From Squalus acanthias (lineage: Eukaryota): a stretch of 64,000 bases of DNA. The notes under the pieces were generated by a model. It made no database searches and was not told the DNA's origin. It saw only the letters and a list, made by a program, of their open reading frames with translations. Where the stretch lies: contig CM059432.1 of the NCBI GenBank assembly GCA_030390025.1, positions 18,416,001 through 18,480,000 of the forward strand. Direction: 5' to 3'. How positions within the stretch are numbered: position 1 is the stretch's first letter; every line of letters begins with the position of its first letter. Made by a program: the position numbers and the translations under genes. This document shows, one piece after another, positions 1 to 12,539 of the stretch.

Positions 1-1414
1 TTAAATTCAACAGCAACTACTGAAGCATGTGCCCAGTCTAAATTGTTTAATTAGTTTTTTATTACCAGTACTACTTTTCATCCAAAAGCTTTTCCCTTAC
101 TCGCGTTTAGGTCCAAAAAAAAAGACATTGGAAAATCATTCCCACTGAAGCTTAACCTCTCAGCTGCTAGTGTACATTTATTCAAAAGGCCTCTCCCCTG
201 ACAGCTAATTTGTCCTAATTCTCATAATGCTTTACTCTATTTTATCTTACATAAGGTGAGCTACGCAAAGCGAGGGAGAGAGCAAGGATACAGGCTGCAG
301 AAAACCATACTTGTCGCCTTGTCAGAACATTTAGGTCAAAGGTACAATAAGCCTAATTGTGATTGGCCACTCAGATGTTGTTTCGTTTCATTATGATAAA
401 GATGGAGGTCGGTGTCGACTCATATCTGCTGATTTTGAGGGTCTCTGTATGGCGGGAACAGGACAGTAGCGAAAACCATGGCACTGAACTTACCGCCTAT
501 TCTCGTTCCTGATCCACCTGCCGCCATTCTTTTTGGAGCCTTCATAAGGGCGGCCCAGGTGCTCACCAGAAGTAGGCAAGAACCTCATTATAATATTCAA
601 ATCAAGGTCCTATGATGTCAATAGGACACTGAGTCCATTTTAGCCACAAAAACTGTAAGTACCAGCACAGTGCTGGGCACACGCTGTACTACTGGGTGGT
701 ACAAGCAATGAAATGGCCTTTGGAAGTGCTTCTTTAAAGGACACTCATCTGCAATCACTCAGATCACTGGAATCTGATTCGAAATATTCTGGATTGGTTT
801 ATACAGACATCTCGGACTTGGAAATTGTTTCAATTCTGCTTGATTCTCCTTCAAAACCTTCAGGAAGCTGACGGAGGTACTGGATACTGCAGAACATGGG
901 ACTTATCTTGGCCACTCCACTCTGGTTGGATAAGAGGAGCAACAGCAATAGAAGGTGGGGGAACCCCAGGCAGCTGCAGTTGGAACTGTTGGGAGTGTAC
1001 AAAGGAGGAGGGCTGCTTGCGGGCATCTTTGGGGTCATAGGTTCAATAGGCCCAGCGTCACCTACCTCCAGTTTACTGAGGAACAGTGCATAACGAGGCT
1101 GCGCTTCTCCAGAAAAGCTGTTATCAACCTCGGCAGCCTTTTGCATAAAGATCCGCAAGGCACTCAGAATTGTCCAGGCATTACCCATGGCAGTTAAAGT
1201 CACACAGCCTTCAATTTGTTGGCCTCGGACTGTTTCCAGGCTGCAGCAGGTGATATCAGTCTGTCTACAGTCCATACCTGCAACAAGCAGGCCACTGACA
1301 CCCTCTTTGCAAAAGCTAAACAGCATATCACCCCCCCCCATGGATGCCAGGAGCCAGCAGGAAAGGCCTTAGGCTTTGCTAACATAGCAGGCTTCTGCCA
1401 AGTATGAACAATTA

Positions 1415-3152
1415 GGGGGAAAAATTTGTGTTCGCCAGCAAAGTTGACGGCGTTACCGGCAACTGCAGTTAACGGTCGCTGGAAATGGCTGCAACACTAA
1501 CCGAGCCAAATTGGTCTGGGGGGGGCGGGGGGGCATGGAGATAGGTAGCACAGCGCTCACCTTCCATACAATGCCGTCCTGGTGGCATTGCTGGAGGGAT
1601 CCAGGACCAAGTTCCTGTCCAGGTCTGGCGTTGCAGCTTCCCACAACATCTGTGGGCAAAGCTCTGGAGCTCGCAAGGAATTGTGGGCAATGAAGAGGTC
1701 TGAGAATTAAAGGGGCCATGCACACTGAAGCAATACAAAATAAAATGCAGTGAATCAATACATTTTCCAGTCCTTTCTGCCTTTTAAAAAATATTCAACA
1801 TTTAAAAGAAGTTCCAAATGTCAATATTCGGCTGTTAAAGCTGAATTACCTCCTAACCTCAACAAATGGGAAAACTGCCTCAGCACAAACACAAATGCCT
1901 CAGCAAGCCAGGGAAGGGACACCCAGGGTCTCGCACGCAGCACTTCAGCTTTGTGCAGGGGGTCTACCCACAGGGGCCAGGAGGCCCTCCAGAAAGGACG
2001 ATGTGGGAGTACATCACTAAGGCCATCACTGCCAGCAGTGTCGCCCCCACCACCTGGATCCAGTGCCCAAAGAAGCTTCATGACCTCAGACCACTGGTCA
2101 AGGTCAGTGAATGCATCTTCAAAAGCTGTCACCTACCAACTGCACCACTAGCCTCACACACTGCTCAATGCACGAACCCCCACCATCACTCACCTACCAA
2201 TAATCTGCACCAATGACGAGGCACATCTCCCATTCCTAGCCTCACCTCACCCACTTGGAGGAAACAGTGCAGGCCATTCTTGGCAGGGGCATGGTTGAGC
2301 CTTTGGCCAGCGGCGGGGCTGAAAGGATAGAAGAAGCTATTATCCTCGTACATTATCCTCCTTCTGGCATGCACCTCTTGTTTTCCCACCCTCCCATCAG
2401 CACAACTCCACCCTTGTGCCTTCCTCATTTCACACACCCAAGAAGAGGCAGCCTGCTCAGCCAATGTGAACGCAGGCGGATGATTCTATCCCGGATATCC
2501 CGGCCACAAAGGGGCTGTTTGGGATGCATCATTCCATCTGATTCCTCCTCTTCGACTTCCTCCTCTTCTGTGTCTTCCTCTTCTGTGTCTTCCTCTTCTC
2601 TCTGCAAGCGGATGCTGTAAATGTGAAATGACAGCATAAAATGCTGGAAATACTCAGTTGGTCAGGCAGCATGTCGACCTGAGACATGAACTCTGTTTTT
2701 CTCTCCATGGATGTTGCATGACCTGCTGAGTATTCGCAACATGCGCTGTCTTCTCAAAGGCCTTCATTTACCACCCGAGCCCTTGCAAGCATCCAGCAGC
2801 AACCCCTACACACTTAAAAAACTTTTCACATCTATTGCAGCAAGCCACTACTTCAATAAAATCAAAAAAAAACAGTCCAAACCCCTAAATTCAAACTAAC
2901 CTGGCATGCTTAGGACCCAGTGCTAGGGTCGAAGTTGACGTTGGTGACGTTAAGTTGGCGTTGCATGCCAATTGATGTCACCACACCGCCATTTTTTTCC
3001 CAGGGCACTGCCAGTTACTGCCAGTGCAAAGGGGGAGAAGAATATGCCGGCCGTCGTGGGACCTGCCACCAGCTGGCGAAAGAGTGGTGGGTGCCATTTT
3101 ATTGCCATTTCATGGCGCTACAGAGTGTCGGTATGAGATGAATTTCTAGCCC
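1415..3152 (-). mobile_element. Internally deleted Harbinger element nested in opposite orientation inside the decayed transposase
   Basis: Ends GGGGGAAAAATTT...AATTTCTAGCCC resemble the other TIRs in the window. + strand Myb/SANT remnant (MWEYITKAITASSVAPTTWIQCPKKLHDL; LEETVQAILGRGMVEPLASG, similar to ORF2 exon 2 at 46298-46460). - strand acidic transposase C-terminus (2425-2610). No clean TSD. Confidence 0.65.
2630..2742. repeat. Short head-to-head Penelope terminal-repeat fragments
   Basis: ATGCTGGAAATACTCAG..GGTCAGGCAGCAT followed by an inverted diverged copy; same motif at 35445-35480 and 40826-40860. Confidence 0.55.
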
Positions 3153-3871
3153 TGAATGTTCAGCTGGTGAGTGATCACCACCAGTGCATCATGCAGGTCT
3201 ATGGCCGTTTTCCTAGCAGCTGTCATGACGCCTACATACTGCTCCAGTCCTCCATCTCCCTCCGCCCCCTCACTCTTTGACCCAGCACAGCAATCAGAGG
3301 CCGGCTGCTTGGGGACAAGGGCTATCTTCTTTACAGTTCGCTCATGGCACCTCGCAATAACCCGCAGTTGGCGACTGATCATAGATTCAACCTGAGCTAT
3401 GGGACCACTAGAGCTATCATCAAGTAGACCATTGGAGCACTCAAACAACATTCCCGAAGACTGGACAGGTTTGGGGGCTTTTTGCAAAACAACCCACAGA
3501 AAGTATTCTTTGCAGTGCAATGGGGACAGCAAATGGAGCCTGCACAACACATTGACCTTGTGTCCTCTGACAAGGAAGACCCCGATGACAGCAAGGATGG
3601 AGTAGAAGCAAGAGTGCGACAGCCAGAACTTTTTGGCAACAGTTGATCGGCCTGCACTTCATCCGAACTACTCCTTTCATCCCTCCCAGCTCCCAGCTCT
3701 GCATTAACGGTCCTCAATACCATCTCTACCAGTCCTTTCAACCTCCAATAAAGTACTTCCAACCACTGACCAACATTGATATTCATGACATCTGACATTG
3801 CAGGCTCAGTAGCTACTATAGAACCCTCCTGCAAACAAAGTGAGAGGAATGTTGGCCAGGGCACCAGGCAA

Positions 3872-4350
3872 GCTCCCTGTTGGCTGTGGCTCAGTTGGTA
3901 GCACCCTCGCCTCTTGAGCCAGAAGGTTGTGGGCTCAATGTCCCACTCCAGGGACTTGAGCACAAGAAATCTAGGCTGACGCTCCACTGCAGTACCGAAG
4001 GAGTGCTGCACTGTCGGAGGTGCCTGTCTTTTGGATGAAACGTTAAACCGAGGCCCCATCTGCTCTCTCAGGTGAACGTAAAAGATCCCATGGCACTATT
4101 TCGAAGAAGAGCAGGAGCGTTATCCCTGGTGTCCTGGCAAATATTTATCCCTCAATCAACATAACAAACACAGATTATCTGGTCATTATCACATTGCTGT
4201 TTGTGGGAGCTTGCTGTGTGCAAATTGGCTGCCGCGTTTCCTACATTACAACAGTGACTACACTCCAAAAGTACTTCATTAGCTATAAAGCGCTTTGAGA
4301 CGTCCGGTGGTCGTGAAAGGCGCTATAGAAATGCAAGTCTTTCTTTCTTT
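3872..4350 (+). mobile_element. Full-length tRNA-headed SINE with Deu-domain-like core (SacSINE1/AmnSINE-type) and L2-like tail
   Basis: A-box-like TGGCTCAGTTGG head; core GGATGAAACGTTAAACCGAGGCCCC...AAAGATCCCATGGCACTATTTCGAAGAAGAGCAGG; tail GAAAGGCGCTATAGAAATGCAAG(TCTT)n; second copy at 4730. Confidence 0.85.
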
Positions 4351-4729
4351 CTGTTCTTCAGATAGTTATACAAACAGGTGGGACAAGGTACTTCCCAACA
4401 CTATGGTGTGAGGTATTCACAGTTAGTGCTGAAACAAGCTAATCAATTGCTCAGTATTTACAGTCTGTGGTGAAACTGTAGCAAAAATGACCTTTTTAGA
4501 ATTATAACTACCTATTGTTTCAGTGCCTTTTTAGAAATGAATTTGTGAATACACTTTGTTTTAAAAACATAACAATTAAAAGTAACCTTTTTTTTCCATA
4601 TCCCTTTTGTGGAAAAATAGCTAAATATCCCAAAACGTGATAATGAGAATGACAGACGTTTAACATTTGGTAAATATGAAATAATTTATCATTTGTTCTG
4701 AAAGACAATGAAACACTCCATAAGTACTC

Positions 4730-5057
4730 CCGTCTTTCGGATGAGACGTTAAACCGAGGCCCCGTCTGCTCTCTCAGGTGGACGTAAAAGATCCCATGGC
4801 ACTATTTCGAAGAAGAGCAGGGGAGTTCTCCCTGGTGTCCTGGCCAATATTTCTCCCTCAACCAACATAACAAAAACAGATGATCTGGTCATTATCACAT
4901 TGCTGTTTGTGGGAGCTTGCTGTGCGCAAATTGGCTGCCGTGTTTCCCACATTACAACAGTGACTCCACTCCAAAAGTACTTCATTGGCTGTAAAGCGCT
5001 TTGAGACATCAGGTGGTCGTGAAAAGCGCTATATCAATGCAAGTCTTTCTTTCTTTT
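4730..5057 (+). mobile_element. 5'-truncated copy of the same Deu-domain SINE
   Basis: High identity to 4025-4350. Confidence 0.85.
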
Positions 5058-5080
5058 TAAATACTGCATTGATGTCCTAG

Positions 5081-5130
5081 TCTACATCACGAGCTCAAGT
5101 CTGTAGTGAGGCTGGAACCTACTCACTCAG
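5081..5130 (+). CDS. Candidate host-gene exon (LHHELKSVVRLEPTHS), product unknown
   Basis: TAG acceptor, strong CAG|GTGAGT donor; ends in phase 1, compatible with 6597. Confidence 0.3.
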
Positions 5131-6022
5131 GTGAGTGCCAAATGACACTTCCTTGTGCGCTGATTTTCCTTGTTTCTTGTTGTATCCTCAGTCTGCTCCT
5201 CTCCCTCTTCTGAGGTTGGGATACGGGTGGCTTGTGTGGCAGTCGAGGAAGCTTTTCGCTAGATCTCACAGTGCCATAACCAACCTGAGAACATTCACTG
5301 CCGACTTTGGATTCCTTAAATGGGAACATGTTCCATTTCTCAGTATTAACATCCTTCACGTTGATGAGCACAGATTCTTCAATTCACGTTAAAAAAAAAA
5401 ATCCTAATAAATTAATGTTCGTTAGTCCATTTGCTTAATCTCACCTAAATACGGGAGCGAATGATAAAAATTAAATTCTTTACTTTTCCTTTAATACCTT
5501 TGCCCAAAAGGTAATTTGATGTATTGATAAGAGTAAAATGTTTGTGCTATTTTAATTTGGATTTAGCTGCAGAATAAATGATTGAAAATACTCTATCACA
5601 AGCAGCCCCGCAGATTAACAATTTTTATATATGCAGTTCGTAGAAATCCTGATTCAAGCATGAAATTTATTGACAACCTAGTTTTGCGTTCATCAGGATA
5701 CAACTGAAGCTCTTTTGATGTCTCCAGTCGGTAGCCTTCTAATGTCTGGTTATTAGATAAGAAATACTATTGATAATAAATATAAAATCCTCAGGACTGT
5801 ATGAGATTTGATCTGTTGCATATCAGCATGGTTTCTGCCAGATTACATTAGCAGCTGTTTGTAAAATTGTTATTCTTAGCACATAGACTGTTCTTGTGGA
5901 AATGCATTACCACAAGCCTTTGAATTAGCTTGTAAAACAGCTTAAGACTTTAAAATCAGACCACTCTGTAAAATAATTCAGGATGCTTTCTTTAGGTATC
6001 AATTTTAATATGAAGATCTTTT

Positions 6023-6492
6023 ACATAGGAACATAGGAACAGGAGGAGGCCATTCAGCCCCTCGAGCCTGTTCCGCCATTCAATGAGATCATGGCTGATC
6101 AGTGACCTAACTCCATATACCCGCCTTTGGCCCGTATCCCTTAATACCTTTGGTTAACAAAAAGCTATCAATCTCAGATTTAAAATTAACAATTGATCTA
6201 GCATCAATTGCCGTTTGCGGAAGAGAGTTCCAAACTTCTACTGCCCTTTGTGTGTAGAAGTGTTCCCTAATTTCACTCCTGAAAGGTCTGGCTCTAATTT
6301 TTAGACTATGCCCCCTAGTCCTAGAATCCCCAACCAGCGGAAATAGTTTCTCTCTATCTACCCTATCTGTTCCCCTTAACATCCTGAAAACTTCGATCAG
6401 ATCACCCCTTAACCTTCTAAATTCTAAGGAATACAACTCTAATTTGTGTAGTCTCTCCTTGTAACTTAACCTTTGAAGTCTGAGTATCATAA
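6023..6492 (-). mobile_element. CR1 LINE 3' fragment
   Basis: ORF 6107-6490 is a CR1 ORF2 C-terminus (LYSLEFRRLRGDLIE...WNSLP); CR1 3' stem-loop and (ATGTTCCT)n tail. Confidence 0.92.
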
Positions 6493-6596
6493 GGCAGCCA
6501 CTTGTGTGTTCTTCTTAAACTGTTCTACTTCACATATTGCGGCACTGGTACTTATAAAATGGCCCAGTGGCCATTTGCAGTTTGTGTCTCCTTCAG

Positions 6597-6693
6597 CTTT
6601 GGCCTTTGGCTCATCTGAGCCAATTGAACATCGGTCCATCTCACGCTTCTGGAAACAAGTGGAAGACGCTGTTCAGAGACTGGAGAACCTCAG
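6597..6693 (+). CDS. Candidate host-gene exon (ALAFGSSEPIEHRSISRFWKQVEDAVQRLENL), product unknown
   Basis: Unique sequence between repeats; TTTGTGTCTCCTTCAG acceptor and CAG|GTAAGG donor; open frame, phase 1 to phase 2. Confidence 0.45.
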
Positions 6694-6854
6694 GTAAGGT
6701 GGGGACGGGAAAGTACCACTCATGGGCAGCAATTGTGAACAGCATCAAACACGAGGGGCCATTTTAACCTGACCCACTCTGCGGGAAACTGACGGAATTG
6801 GATAGGCCGCCTGTTTTACACCTTGTCCGATGTTACTTTCCGTTGACTTCATGT

Positions 6855-7437
6855 CAGAAGTTTATGTAACAGTTATATAAAGCTCTGGTTAGACCCCATT
6901 TAGAGTACTGTCTTCAGTTCTGGGCACCATACCTCAGCAACAATATATTGGCTTTGGAGGGGCTGTAGTGCAAATTCATCAGAATGATACCGGGGCTAAA
7001 AGGGTTAAATTATGAGAACAGGTTGCATAGACTAGGCTTGTATTCCCTTGAGTACAGAAGATTTCGAGGTGATCTAATTGAGGTGTTTAAAGGAATTGAT
7101 AGGGTAGATAGAGAGAAACTATTTCCTCTGATGGGCGAGTAAAGAACAAATTCGAACTAGGCCAGTCAGGAGTGATGTCAGAAAGCACTTCTTCACACAA
7201 AGGGTAGTGGAAATCTGGAACTCTCTCCCCCAGAAAGCTGATGAGGCTGAGGGTCAATTGAAAATGTCAAAACTGAGATTGATAGATTTTTGTTCGGCAA
7301 GGGTATTAAGGGTTACGGAACCAAGGCAGGTAGATGGAGTGAGGATACAGATCAGCCATGATCTAACTGAATGGTGGAACAGGTTCGAGGGGCTGAATGG
7401 CCTACTCCTGTGTCTATGTTCCTTCCTATGTTCCTAG
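6855..7437 (+). mobile_element. Decayed CR1 LINE 3' fragment
   Basis: RPHLEYC / WNSLPQK remnants, CR1 3' UTR and tail. Confidence 0.88.
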
Positions 7438-7589
7438 GAAAGTCATGGGACAGATCCCTAACGTCAGAGGTCTAAGTTATGGGGAAAGACTGGAGAAACT
7501 TGGGCCTTTTAGTATAGAAAGGAGGTATCTGAAGTATAGAGGTATATAAGATTGTTAAGGATATAGAACATGTTAATCCAGGATATTAC

Positions 7590-7726
7590 TGTAATATATG
7601 TGGGTGGAACAAATGAAGGACAGAGACATGATGAGTTGCTAGTCCATATGCTTGCTTTATTAGGCCAGAGTGAACTGAGCATGCTCATAACAAACCATGT
7701 GACAAACCATGTGATAATACATTACG
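7590..7726 (-). repeat. 3' LTR of the Gypsy element, with purine-rich PPT-like tract at about 7727-7748 on the minus strand
   Basis: TGTAAT...ATTACG; direct repeat of 12297-12433. Confidence 0.9.
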
Positions 7727-9412
7727 CTGCTTTCCCCCTGAAAAAAATTGTATGCATTCCCCTCTCAAATACAATAAAACTATGGTCCCACTTTTCCCAG
7801 CATTACATGCACCACATAACAAAAACTCCTGGCTATTTTTCTTTTAACTGAACTACAAATCCAGTTTAATAACAGGTTTGCGGAGCCTTCCTGATCTCCT
7901 TACAGAAGGTTTTGGTGGAACCAATTTTCAGGTTGTTTTGTTTTGGTTATGAACTCAAAGATGATCCTGTTTCTATCTCAGACTTGTTTGAACCTGGTAC
8001 TTCAGTTACTGAAGTCTGAACTTCATGTATGTGTTCATGATCAAGTGGTTCAAGATCATGTGTTGATTCAGCTCTAGCAGAGATCATTTGATCTACATGA
8101 ACACTTCGGATGTTGTTATCAATTTCAACCAAATATCTCTTGGTTCCACCAACCTCAACTATAGTTCCTACATCCCACTTGTGTGAACTCGACTTTCCAG
8201 GGGGACTGAGAACACGAACACACTTGTTTTGTTTGAAACTAACTTCTTTCTGATTGCTGTCACAATACCGTTTCCAACTCAACTGTTTCTGTTCAACTCT
8301 TGAGGCCAAATTTGGTTGAACAAGACTCAATCGTGTTCTCAATCTCCTCTTCATCAAGAGTTCTGCTGGGGTATATCCAGTTGTAGTGTGTGAAGTAGTT
8401 CAGCACTCCAGCAAGAAATTTGCCAAATGTTGCTTCATGCTGAGTCCTGAACAACCCTGCAACACTTGCTTTTTGAGAGCTTCTTTCACTATTCTGACTG
8501 ACCTTTCGGCTGCTCCGTTTGAAGCTGGATGATATGGTGGAACTGAGAGTGTGTTTGATACTGTTCCATTTCATGAATTCTTGGAACAGAACAGAACGGA
8601 ACTGAGGGCCATTGTCAGAAACAAGCTCTTCAGGTAAGCCATGACATGCGAAGATAGACCTCAACTCATCTATGGTACGTTCAGTTGTAGTATTTGAACC
8701 CATGTGTTTTTCACTTCAATCCACTTTGAGTGCCTATCTACAAGTACCAGGAAATAATCATTTGCTTTCTCACAGAAGTCTACATGTACTCTCTGAAAAG
8801 GTCTACTTGGCCATGACCAGGGTTGTAGTGGAGTTTTGGGTGGTTTGTTTCTGCAATTTTGGAAAACGCTGCACTTGCTGACAAGTGATCAAGATCACTG
8901 TCCAATCCAGGCCAGTAAACAAAGCTTCTTGCAATTGATTTCATACTGACGATCGCTGGATGTTCAGTATGAAGTTCGGCCAGAATTCTATCAAAGAAGT
9001 AGGTACCAGCACTCTGTTTCCCCACTTGATACAGCCTTGCTCACAAGTCAATTCAGTACGACGGTTATGGAATGGTTTCAATTCTGTTTCCATACACTGA
9101 TCAGTCCACCCATTCAAGGTGTTTTCATACACTCTTTTCAGCACTGAGTCCTTTTGAGTCTCATTTGCAATCTCAGTTGCATTCACGGGAAAGTCTTTGT
9201 CAACTGCACCTGCGTGAAAATCTCACCTTCACTCCCAACACACGAGTCCTCACATGGCAACCTGGACAAGGCATCTGCGATTGCGATTTGCTTTGAAGTG
9301 CGATATTAAATCGTGTAGCAATATTGTGACAACAACACTGCCCAACGTTGCATTCTTGATGCGGCCATTGCAGGGATGGCAGATTTGGGCCTCCATATTG
9401 CTAGGAGCGGTT

Positions 9413-9627
9413 TGAATCACAGAATCACAGAATCCCCACAGTGCAGATAGAGGCCATTTCGGCCCATCGAGCCTGCACCGCCACATATCCCACCCTATCC
9501 CCGTAACCCCACGTATTTAATCCCCCTAACACTAAGGGTCCATTTTTTTTTTTTATCATAGCCAAATCAACCTAACCTGCACATCTTTGGGCTGTGGGAG
9601 GAAACCGGAGCACCCGGAGGAAACCCG
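9413..9627 (-). mobile_element. 5'-truncated V-SINE (HE1-like) with CR1-type tail inserted in the Gypsy pol region
   Basis: V-domain-like CCTGCACATCTTTGGGCTGTGGGAGGAAACCGGAGCACCCGGAGGAAACCC; (ATTCTGTG)n tail and GGCCATTTCGGCCCATCG stem-loop. Confidence 0.8.
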
Positions 9628-12296
9628 GTGATCGGTTATCAGGGTAAACCTTCTGCCGATCAGGAACTGTTGGAATTTCTTGATTCCAAACACTATGGCG
9701 AGTGCTTCCTTTTCAATTTGCGTGTAATTTCTTTCGCTCTTTGTGAGGGTTCATGATGCGAACACGATTGGTTTCTCTTAGCCATCATCCATTACGTGGC
9801 TTATGACAGCTCCCACACCGTAACTGGAAGCATCACACTCTAACTTAAGCTCATGCTCTGTGTCATAGTGCACAAGTAGAGAATCGCTAGAGAGACTTCT
9901 CTTACAAGCATCGTAAGCTTCCTGTTGCACTTTTGTCCACTTCCACTGGACATCCTTCTTGAGGAGCTCGTGCAATGGAGCTGACATGGTCACTAACTCA
10001 GGTAAGAAACATGTGCAGTACTGGACCATTCCAAGGAAAGATCTTAACTCAGACACGTTCTGTGGTTTTGGAGCATTGATGACAGCATCAACCTTTTCCT
10101 TCACTGGTTGCAAGCCAATTGCATCGACTTTCAGACAAAGATACACAACCTTGGGCTGCACAAAAGCATATTTGCTCCTTTTCAATTTGAAATTGTGGGA
10201 ATTCAACCTTTGAAGCACTAAATCTAACACTTCTAGATTTTCTTCCTCGCTGCTTGTTGCGATTAGCACATTGTCTTGATTGCATAAGCAGTTTGGAACT
10301 CCTTGCAAAATCTTATCCATCGTAGCCTGGAAGATTTTGGGAGTGGACTTTACACCATATGGCAGTTTGGTTTATGAGTACGGTCCCTTGTGTATGCTGA
10401 TGATACTGTTGACTCTCTTTGTCAACATTCAGCTGAGCGTAAGCGTGCGACAGGTCAAGCTTGGAGAAAACCTTTGACCCAGAGAGCGCTGCATACAAAT
10501 CCTACGATGTAGCTAACGGGTACTGCTCATCGTCGACTGTTTGGTTGATAGTAACTTTGTAGTCACCGCACAACTGTCCAGTTTTGTCTGCCTTGGGCAC
10601 TACCACAATCGGGGTAGCCCATTCACTTTTGTCAGTTTTTACTAGCACTCCATTCTCTCTCAGTTTTGCTAGCTCGTCTTCCACCTGACTTTTCAACGTA
10701 TAGGGGCCTATACCGGCCTTGCCTTACAATAGACAGGCTTCGCATTGGACTTGATGCAGATATGTGTGTCATACTCAGTGATGCCCTCATAACTGTCTGT
10801 GAACAAGCTTTCGTACTTCTTCAGCATTGTCGAGTCACTTCTTTGAAGCATCTACACTGAAGATGTTTTTCCAGTCTAGTTTTAACTTTCTCAACCAGTC
10901 TTTGGCCATGAGGGTTGGCCTGTTGTTGTAGCTCACTACAATAATAGGCAGCTTTACTGACTGGCCATTGTGTTCAACTGTACATTCCATTTGTCCACAT
11001 GACTCTGGATTTCTCCGAAGTAGGTTTTTAACTCTACGGTACTCTTTGTAAGTGGTACTTGATTAAACTTACTCTCATATGTGTCCTTACTCATGATAGA
11101 GCAGTCCGCCGCTGTGTCAATACACATATCAATATATTGCTCATTGATCAAAAGTTTTGTACGGAAGTCTTTCTCACAACTGCTTGCATTGCCGCTAGTG
11201 GCATAGATACTGTAGATGCCTAGTTCTTCAACATCAGGTGTGTTCACTTCAATATTATGCACTCCTCCTTTTTGTTGTCGCTGCTTTGCATTGCCACTAG
11301 AATGGTTCTTACTTCCTGCTTTAGATCTAGCTCTGCAAGCTGTTGAAATATGGCCTTGCTTCTGGCAGTGAAAACACTTCACATTTCTGTATTGGCTGGA
11401 CTGTGGTGAGTGATTTCCATTGCAGCAATAACAATTCACTAAACTGCTCTCACCGACCCAGTCTCACAACTTTAGGTTCGACTTTGTGACTGTAGACCTC
11501 AGCTGCACTAATCACTTGAGTTGGACGGAGCTCCCTAGCATTCTTAGATGCCATCTCCATAGAGAGGGCAAACGTTCGGTTCGGAGTGTTCAGTAACTTG
11601 GACTGTGTGCGCTCATTCACCAGTCCACACACAAACTTATCTCGCAACGCACGATCCAAAAATGTGCCGAAGTTACAATGCAAAGACAGGTTCTTAAGAG
11701 CTACCAAACTTATAGCTCTCTGCCATTTCTAACAGCTTTGGGTTAAAATGGTCCTCCAGTTTCTCGACAATGTCTTCAAATGATGCATTCTTCACTTTCC
11801 CTGGCATGAGTAGGTTAGTCAACGTTCTGTAGACGTCTGGCCCGATCTCCATTAGAAAAATTGCTTTCTTCCCTTCACGAATTACTTTATTTTGAGCTTG
11901 AACATTCTCATCTGCACCTTCGGTCTCAATAATGTTATTGGCCTAAAAAACATCTCCATCCGCTCAATGTAAGAACTGAATGGTTCGCGAGCTCGGTCAT
12001 ACATGTCGAGGCTTCCGATGAATCCCGTAGGCGCGGCCATGATTGTCCCGATCCTGTTGAACAGTGACTCAGCACGCTACCTGTGTACCTGTGCGAATCA
12101 ACGCTGCTGTTGTTGTGCATACATACACGCGAAGGCAAAGCACAGTAGATTCTGCAGGAGCATTAACAGTAAAGAATCACAAAAATTCAGTTTAGGTGTC
12201 ACAAATTTATCTTAAACTTGTCCACTCAAATGTTGAACACTGTGCCCTTCCGTGATCCCTAAAAATGGCTTTGGGATCCCATTCTCATCAGCAAAA

Positions 12297-12433
12297 TATA
12301 ATATATGTGGGCAGAACAAATGAAGGACAGAGACAGCATGAGTTGCTAGTCCATGTGCTTGGTTTATTAGGTCAGAGCGAACTGAGCATGCTCATACCAA
12401 ACCATGTGACAAACCATGTGATAATACATTACA
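12297..12433 (-). repeat. 5' LTR of the Gypsy element, with degenerate tRNA-Ser-type PBS at about 12273-12294
   Basis: TATAAT...ATTACA; adjacent minus-strand TTGCTGATGAGAATGGGAT resembles TGGCGACGAGGATGGGAT. Confidence 0.88.
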
Positions 12434-12539
12434 ATTACTTTCAGTTAAACTGCAGGAGTAGGACAAGAGGGCATGGGTTCAAACTAGACAAGGGGTACTT
12501 TTAGGATAGATATCAGGAAATTGTGCAGGTGCTAAGAAT

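Larger units (their letters stand above)
880..3660 (+). pseudogene. Decayed Harbinger DDE transposase split by a nested element (N-part about 880-1410, C-part about 3150-3660)
   Basis: Fragments RLRFSRKAV, AVKVT, FQAAAGDI, ALGFANIAGF; after 3150 LNVQLV and a decayed GDKGY-like region. Collinear with the intact transposase at 43689, with many frameshifts and stops. Confidence 0.8.
7590..12433 (-). mobile_element. Decayed full-length Gypsy/Ty3 (Mag-like) LTR retrotransposon inserted in a CR1 fragment
   Basis: Two 137-bp LTRs, TSD ATTAC (7585-7589 and 12434-12438). Gag with CCHC (CFHCQKQGHISTAC), protease (IDTAAD), RT (WATPIVVVPK, FSKLDLSHAY), RNase H (CDASSYGVGAV), integrase (SDNGPQF) in PR-RT-RH-IN order, with many frameshifts. 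Flanking CR1 sequence resumes at 12439. Confidence 0.93.

Noticed and set aside
3880..3955. tRNA gene
   Set aside because: It is the tRNA-like head of a SINE, with a degenerate B box, continuing into SINE core and tail.
3397..4059. 220-aa ORF
   Set aside because: Runs antisense across a SINE and a decayed transposase.
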